A stretch of DNA of 64,000 nt from an uncultured Flavobacteriales bacterium (GTDB taxonomy: Bacteria > Bacteroidota > Bacteroidia > Flavobacteriales > UBA1820). The notes under the pieces were generated by a model. It worked only from the letters and a program-made list of their open reading frames with translations, did no database searches and was not told the origin of the DNA. The DNA lies in the NCBI GenBank assembly GCA_902462305.1, contig CABQBC010000008.1:20775-84774 (forward strand), read 5' to 3'. This document shows, piece after piece, positions 59,155 to 64,000 of this stretch; positions within the stretch are counted from its first letter, which is position 1; each line of letters starts with the position of its first letter. The translations under genes were made by a program, and so were the position numbers.

Positions 59155-60554
59155 TAGCCGGTAAAATGAAAATATCAGCTGTTGGAGAATGTCGTTCTCG
59201 CTTAGATGGTTCATATCATTTAAGTGAGGCTCAAATTGTAAAAAAGAAAATAGCGGCTTCTCCTTACCCCCTTTTGAATATAGGGAAAGTAACTGAAAGA
59301 ATCTGGCACGCTGGTCGTTGGAAAAGAGTATATGTTGATAATCCTAAGACTGGCATTACACTTTTAGGCAGCTCTGCCATGCTTAAAGGCGATTTATCTC
59401 ACGAAAAGCTTGTATCCAAGAGATACACAGATGACATTTCGGATAAAATCCTGCAAGCAGGATGGATTCTTATATCATGTTCTGGCACAATAGGTAATTG
59501 CGCGTTTACAAACGCGCAACATGCTGGGAAGCTTGCTTCCCAGGATGTTATTCGGCTTAAGCCGAATAACATCCTGGGGGCTGGACTGATATATGCATAT
59601 CTTGCCTCAAAATATGGGTATGTCATGCTCACACAAGGAACATCAGGCTCTGTTATACAGCATATTGAACCAGAAAATGTCGAAGTAATTCCAATTCCCA
59701 ACTTTCCGGATTCATTTAAAAATAATGTAAACCAACTTATACAAGACTCTTCAAAACTAAGAGATGAAGCTATGTATGAGTTAGATGCAGCGGACAAACT
59801 TTTAAAAGAGAAGGCCGGATTGCGGCCATTAACACCGGAAGACTATGATTACTTTGGTCAGCATAGTGCAACTCGGAAGCCAAGTTGCTTTATTCGCAAC
59901 AGTAATGAGATATCGACCCGTTCAATAAATGCGTTCAACTATTCACAAAGACTTGAACGACTGAAAAGATTACTTCCAGCGTCAAGGCCTTTGCGTAATA
60001 TTCTTTTGAATAATACAACATTTTCTACCGGTTCTTTTCCTCGAATAGAAGTAAAAAGGGGGAACGGAGTAATGCTTATTAATCAGTCTGATGCCTTTGA
60101 CACAATCATAAATGGCAAATGGATTTCATCACGCAATGTCAATCTTTCCAATCTTGTATCTTATGGAGAAGTTATTGTGGCGGGAGTAGGCACACTTGGC
60201 GAAAATGAAACCTTTTGTAGGACATTTTTCGCTAATGAAGATTTGAAAGGACAACTCATATCCGGAGAGTTCATCCGTATGAAAACTACGAGTGATATAC
60301 CTTCAGGATTCCTCTATGCATGGCTTAATTCTGAATATGGTTTTCGCCTTATTAGAGGGACACAGGCTGGCACAAAATTATGCCGTCCCATCCCGGAAGC
60401 ATTTCTCGACATACCTGTCCCAATTCTTGCAAATGAAGACATGAACGAGATTGATCGTATGGTCAGAGACGCACACACAAAACGCCGTCTGGCTAACGAG
60501 AAAGAATTGAAAGCCATAGCAATGGTAGAGGCTGAGATAGAGAAATGGAATTAG
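59151..60554 (+). CDS. restriction-modification specificity subunit (HsdS-like, two target-recognition domains)
   Basis: 467 aa. The ATG overlaps the methylase stop (ATGA). Two homologous halves each end in a helical spacer (…IPIPNFPDSFKNNVNQLIQDSSKLRDEAMYELDAADKLLKEK and …IPVPILANEDMNEIDRMVRDAHTKRRLANEKELKAIAMVEAEIEKW). Confidence 0.85.
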   Translation: MIAGKMKISAVGECRSRLDGSYHLSEAQIVKKKIAASPYPLLNIGKVTERIWHAGRWKRVYVDNPKTGITLLGSSAMLKGDLSHEKLVSKRYTDDISDKILQAGWILISCSGTIGNCAFTNAQHAGKLASQDVIRLKPNNILGAGLIYAYLASKYGYVMLTQGTSGSVIQHIEPENVEVIPIPNFPDSFKNNVNQLIQDSSKLRDEAMYELDAADKLLKEKAGLRPLTPEDYDYFGQHSATRKPSCFIRNSNEISTRSINAFNYSQRLERLKRLLPASRPLRNILLNNTTFSTGSFPRIEVKRGNGVMLINQSDAFDTIINGKWISSRNVNLSNLVSYGEVIVAGVGTLGENETFCRTFFANEDLKGQLISGEFIRMKTTSDIPSGFLYAWLNSEYGFRLIRGTQAGTKLCRPIPEAFLDIPVPILANEDMNEIDRMVRDAHTKRRLANEKELKAIAMVEAEIEKWN

Positions 60555-60580
60555 AACAATAGATAACACCAATCATACCA

Positions 60581-63500
60581 ATGGCAAAACTTTGTACTCC
60601 AATACATAGCACAGGACCCGTGAATGCCGGAGAGAAGCATTTATTTGACTTCCTACAAGTTAACTTGCCTGACAGCTATTATATCATACCCAATGGTGAA
60701 TATCCCTATATCAATCCGAATGGGGGTACTCAGTTCATGGAGTGCGACTGCATCGTGGTTGCTCCCCATGCAATCTATCTTATCGAAAACAAGGACTACA
60801 AAGGCCGTCTTGAAGCATACGATAGCGCATGGTTTCATAACGACCGAGAAATTAAGAATCCTATTAAGGGTGTTACATTCAAAGGCAAAGTCCTTAGCGA
60901 CTATCTAAAACGCAAGAACGGACATTGGAAGGCTGCATGGATTGAATCTATTGTAACCCTAAGTAACCTCAATCAGAACAAATCAGGATTTGAGGCCGGC
61001 TCTGCCAGCGACAACAAGACATTCCTGCTCAATGATGAACTTATCAATTTCATTAAGGAGCCTGACAGGTTGCCTCATTATGTCCCGGCAAGTGCGATTG
61101 CGTCTTACCAATTCGACATTACCGACTATCTTATGGGTAGCAGTGTTAGTCGGGCTCACGTCCGCACTAATGTATGTGGTATGATTATCGACGAGATACT
61201 TGATACTACTGATGATTATGTAGAATACCTTTGCCATAAGAAATTCCCAACTGACAAAAAGTATAAGGTTCGCGATTACGCATTAAATCAGGTCGGTATG
61301 TCGCCCGTTCAGATTGAGAAGTATGAAAAGTTGGTCCATAATGGTGAGATTACCGAGGATTATCTTCCTGACAATACCGGGGTAATCATTAAGAGTCGGT
61401 TTGAGTCGGAGGAGAATCACTATTATGTGATAACGCCCTATCAAGATGACCGTTCTCTACGAAGTGAGATGGCTCGCAACACATTCACAGAGTTGGATAA
61501 GATTCAGATTTTGTTGAATGTCGCTGAGGCTCTCTCTTTAGCTCATGAACAGAATGTGATACATAGAGATGTGCGTCCGGAGAATATTTTTATCCAATCA
61601 GACCGCAGGGCTGCGCTTGCTAATTTTGGGTTGGCATATAACGAAGCTCACGATGACGCAAGCTTTAATGTCACTGTAGATTTAGAGGATTTCGACTTGA
61701 ATGCCTATACTTCTGAGGATGTATTTATTGGAGACTACTCAGCAGCATCGGATGTTTATTCTTTCGGAGTTCTTGCCTATGAGCTAATGACAGGACAGAA
61801 GTTGCCATTCGACAATTTCAAAGAGTTGTTGATGAAAGGTGGTAAACTTCCCAAGGATTTGCTTCCCTCTGCGGTAAATTCCAACGTTGAGAAATGGGTG
61901 GATGAACTTTGCGAAAGAACAATAGTTGTTGATCCGACCGAAAGATGGGCCAACATAGATGAAGTACGCCAATTCATCTTTGAGAATGGTATAATTGCCC
62001 ACACGCAGCAATCCTCAGCTCCTGAAGCCAATGGAAGTCTTGATGACTTGAAACCTACAGACCGTATTACCAACGACATAGTTCTTGGTGAAATGCTTGG
62101 CGAAGGTGGATTCTCAAAGGTTTTCAAAGCAAAACACCAATATCAGCCCGGTGCTTTATATGTCGCCAAAATATTCAAAGAGGGCGTAAGCCCACAAGCA
62201 ACTGTTGATGAATTCAAGGCATTGAATGACCTGAATCATCCGAACATAGTGAGATTCCGTGGAAACGGGACAACCAATGGAGGGTTGTTCTATACTCTTA
62301 TGGACTATGTTGATGGAACAGACATCCGCCGCTATGCGAGTGGCGACACATTCCTTCCTCTCACACTGGTGAAATCATTTCTCAAACAAATGATTTCTGC
62401 TCTTGTGTATATACAGGAAAAACAGCCTCCGGTAATACACAGAGACATCAAGCCTGAAAATATAATGTATCGCAAAGATGGGGCGTTCGTGCTCATCGAT
62501 TTCAACATAGCTACAAACAAGGAAGGAGATCGACATAAGGTAGGCACTTATCGTTATGTGGCACCCGACCTGACAGTCGGAAGCAAGATGAACTGGGACT
62601 TAGGTGCAGATACATTTGCTCTAGGAGTCACGGCATATGAATTATTAAGCCATATCTATCCTTGGGGAAGTAGTCAGACACCTGTTCTTGACCAGACTCC
62701 GGTCAACATCCTTGACAGGAATCACCTCATTTCCGATAAATTCGCAAAATTCATAATGAAGGCTTGCGAAACACGAAAGGAGAACCGATTCCAAAACGCC
62801 AAAGAAATGCAAGAGGCATTTGATACTCTTGATCGTATAGATTCCTCTATTGAATTTTATAGTAAGGATGGGACAGAATACAATATCGTCGATTATATTA
62901 ATTCCCTCTATAGTCAGAGTGAACGAGGTAATGCCGGAACTCGTGCAGGATTTAAGAACGACAACATTCTTGACAAACTGACATATACCGAGACGCGCCT
63001 CGACTCCAAACTTTTAGAAGACATAAAGCATGGTGACTATAAGCTTATAATCATAACCGGTAATGCCGGCGATGGCAAGACTGCGTTTATACGTCAGGTT
63101 GAGAACGCCGGAACAGATCTCAATTATGTTGAGTCCCGCAATGGCGCAAAATTCCGTCTGGGTGGCGTCATATTTGAAAGTAACTACGATGGTTCTCAAG
63201 ATGAACATAACCTAAAGAATAACGATGTTCTGGCAAAGTTTTTTGAGCCATTCATCGGTATTGAGGATTATCGAAGTGCTGTGGAGGGCCGCATAATTGC
63301 TATTAATGAAGGTCGATTGATGGAATATCTGGAGTCAACTCCGGAGCTTACGGGATTACATAATGCCATTGACGAATACTTTTACAAAGAGGGTGTTGCC
63401 ACCCTTCCTGACGGCGTCATGGTTATTAATCTTAATCTTCGTTCGGTTACTGCCCTTGACGAAAATGGAGAGTCATTGTTGCGCAAACAGGTAAAGGTTT

Positions 63501-64000
63501 TGACCGATAAGAAGTTTTGGAACAAATGTCTGGGATGTCCGATAGCCGACCGTTGCTTCATTAAATATAACGTCGATTCACTCAACGATTCGGCTGTTGG
63601 CAACGAGATAATAAAACGTCTGGAGTGGATAGTCCGCACAATCGTATATAAACGGGAACTCCATATAACCATGCGTGATTTGCGCTCAATGATAGCGTGG
63701 ATGCTTACTCGTGATTATTCGTGCGCAGACATGCCCCACCTTATTGAATTATTAGATAAGGCAAAAAAAGAATACGAAGAGACACTGGAAGATGCGACTG
63801 ACGAGGAAAAGAATAATCGCAGGACCACATACGAACTTGAACGGCAAAGGTGGTGGACGCGCTATTATTTCAACATTACGGCGCCTGAACATTCATGGTT
63901 CCCCAATCAGCACTCCGAAGACCGAGTCGTAAAACTTCTGCGTGAAACAGATATTGCAAATGTTGCAATACCAGAGCTTGATCGAAATCTCTATTTCAGT
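60581..64000 (+). CDS. giant multidomain protein with NERD, kinase-like (degenerate), Ser/Thr kinase, P-loop NTPase and Cys cluster; C-terminus outside the window
   Basis: Not in the ORF track because there is no stop. I translated 60581-64000 by hand and found 1140 codons with no stop. Key motifs are ECDCIVVAPHAIYLIENK (NERD), HRDVRPEN + NFG, GEGGFS / YVAKIF / HRDIKPEN / DFN / GTYRYVAPD, ITGNAGDGKT and CLGCPIADRC. Confidence 0.85.
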   Translation, partial: MAKLCTPIHSTGPVNAGEKHLFDFLQVNLPDSYYIIPNGEYPYINPNGGTQFMECDCIVVAPHAIYLIENKDYKGRLEAYDSAWFHNDREIKNPIKGVTFKGKVLSDYLKRKNGHWKAAWIESIVTLSNLNQNKSGFEAGSASDNKTFLLNDELINFIKEPDRLPHYVPASAIASYQFDITDYLMGSSVSRAHVRTNVCGMIIDEILDTTDDYVEYLCHKKFPTDKKYKVRDYALNQVGMSPVQIEKYEKLVHNGEITEDYLPDNTGVIIKSRFESEENHYYVITPYQDDRSLRSEMARNTFTELDKIQILLNVAEALSLAHEQNVIHRDVRPENIFIQSDRRAALANFGLAYNEAHDDASFNVTVDLEDFDLNAYTSEDVFIGDYSAASDVYSFGVLAYELMTGQKLPFDNFKELLMKGGKLPKDLLPSAVNSNVEKWVDELCERTIVVDPTERWANIDEVRQFIFENGIIAHTQQSSAPEANGSLDDLKPTDRITNDIVLGEMLGEGGFSKVFKAKHQYQPGALYVAKIFKEGVSPQATVDEFKALNDLNHPNIVRFRGNGTTNGGLFYTLMDYVDGTDIRRYASGDTFLPLTLVKSFLKQMISALVYIQEKQPPVIHRDIKPENIMYRKDGAFVLIDFNIATNKEGDRHKVGTYRYVAPDLTVGSKMNWDLGADTFALGVTAYELLSHIYPWGSSQTPVLDQTPVNILDRNHLISDKFAKFIMKACETRKENRFQNAKEMQEAFDTLDRIDSSIEFYSKDGTEYNIVDYINSLYSQSERGNAGTRAGFKNDNILDKLTYTETRLDSKLLEDIKHGDYKLIIITGNAGDGKTAFIRQVENAGTDLNYVESRNGAKFRLGGVIFESNYDGSQDEHNLKNNDVLAKFFEPFIGIEDYRSAVEGRIIAINEGRLMEYLESTPELTGLHNAIDEYFYKEGVATLPDGVMVINLNLRSVTALDENGESLLRKQVKVLTDKKFWNKCLGCPIADRCFIKYNVDSLNDSAVGNEIIKRLEWIVRTIVYKRELHITMRDLRSMIAWMLTRDYSCADMPHLIELLDKAKKEYEETLEDATDEEKNNRRTTYELERQRWWTRYYFNITAPEHSWFPNQHSEDRVVKLLRETDIANVAIPELDRNLYFS

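Larger units (their letters stand above)
45087..64000. other. accessory / defence island inserted downstream of mnmE (right end outside the window)
   Basis: There is an abrupt, visible drop in G+C right after the mnmE stop. Content switches from housekeeping genes to restriction-modification genes, XRE regulators, rhuM, phosphoesterases and several broken genes. No integrase is visible in the part covered. Confidence 0.7.

Overview
This window looks like a Bacteroidales-type (Bacteroidota) chromosome. Many genes are preceded by the TAnnTTTG -7 promoter motif and none has a clear Shine-Dalgarno sequence. Family-typical genes are also present: a fused E1 alpha/beta dehydrogenase, a BF3164-type 6-bladed propeller, DUF1599, and pyrG followed by yidC. 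Positions 1-45086 are densely packed housekeeping genes: yidC (partial), pyrG, rlmD, tpiA, metF, tsaE, dapD, udk, dnaX, lpxK, a purine nucleoside phosphorylase, pldA, obgE, ung, aroC, apt, hflX and mnmE, plus transporters and secreted proteins. Directly after the mnmE stop (45086) the sequence becomes visibly more AT-rich and the gene content changes to an accessory or defence island that runs off the window. The island has three parts. (i) A partly decayed left arm with two metallophosphoesterases, a gene carrying an in-frame TGA plus a frameshift, and a frameshifted RelA/SpoT-type HD hydrolase-like gene. (ii) An XRE-controlled type III restriction-modification module (mod, res) with a trailing rhuM. 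(iii) An XRE / HsdM-like / HsdS-like operon followed 26 nt later by an ORF that is still open after 1140 codons. That ORF encodes a NERD domain, a degenerate kinase, a canonical Ser/Thr kinase, a P-loop NTPase and a Cys cluster. I consider module (iii) the best candidate for an undescribed defence system; it resembles a hybrid of a type I-like modification module and a Pgl/BREX-2-like kinase. Other points of note are a dnaX gene split at an A10 run, and a roughly 235-bp highly structured non-coding element flanked by inverted repeats between metF and mgtC. I recognised no rRNA, tRNA or CRISPR array. All product calls rest on motif and family recognition by eye; no database search was run.
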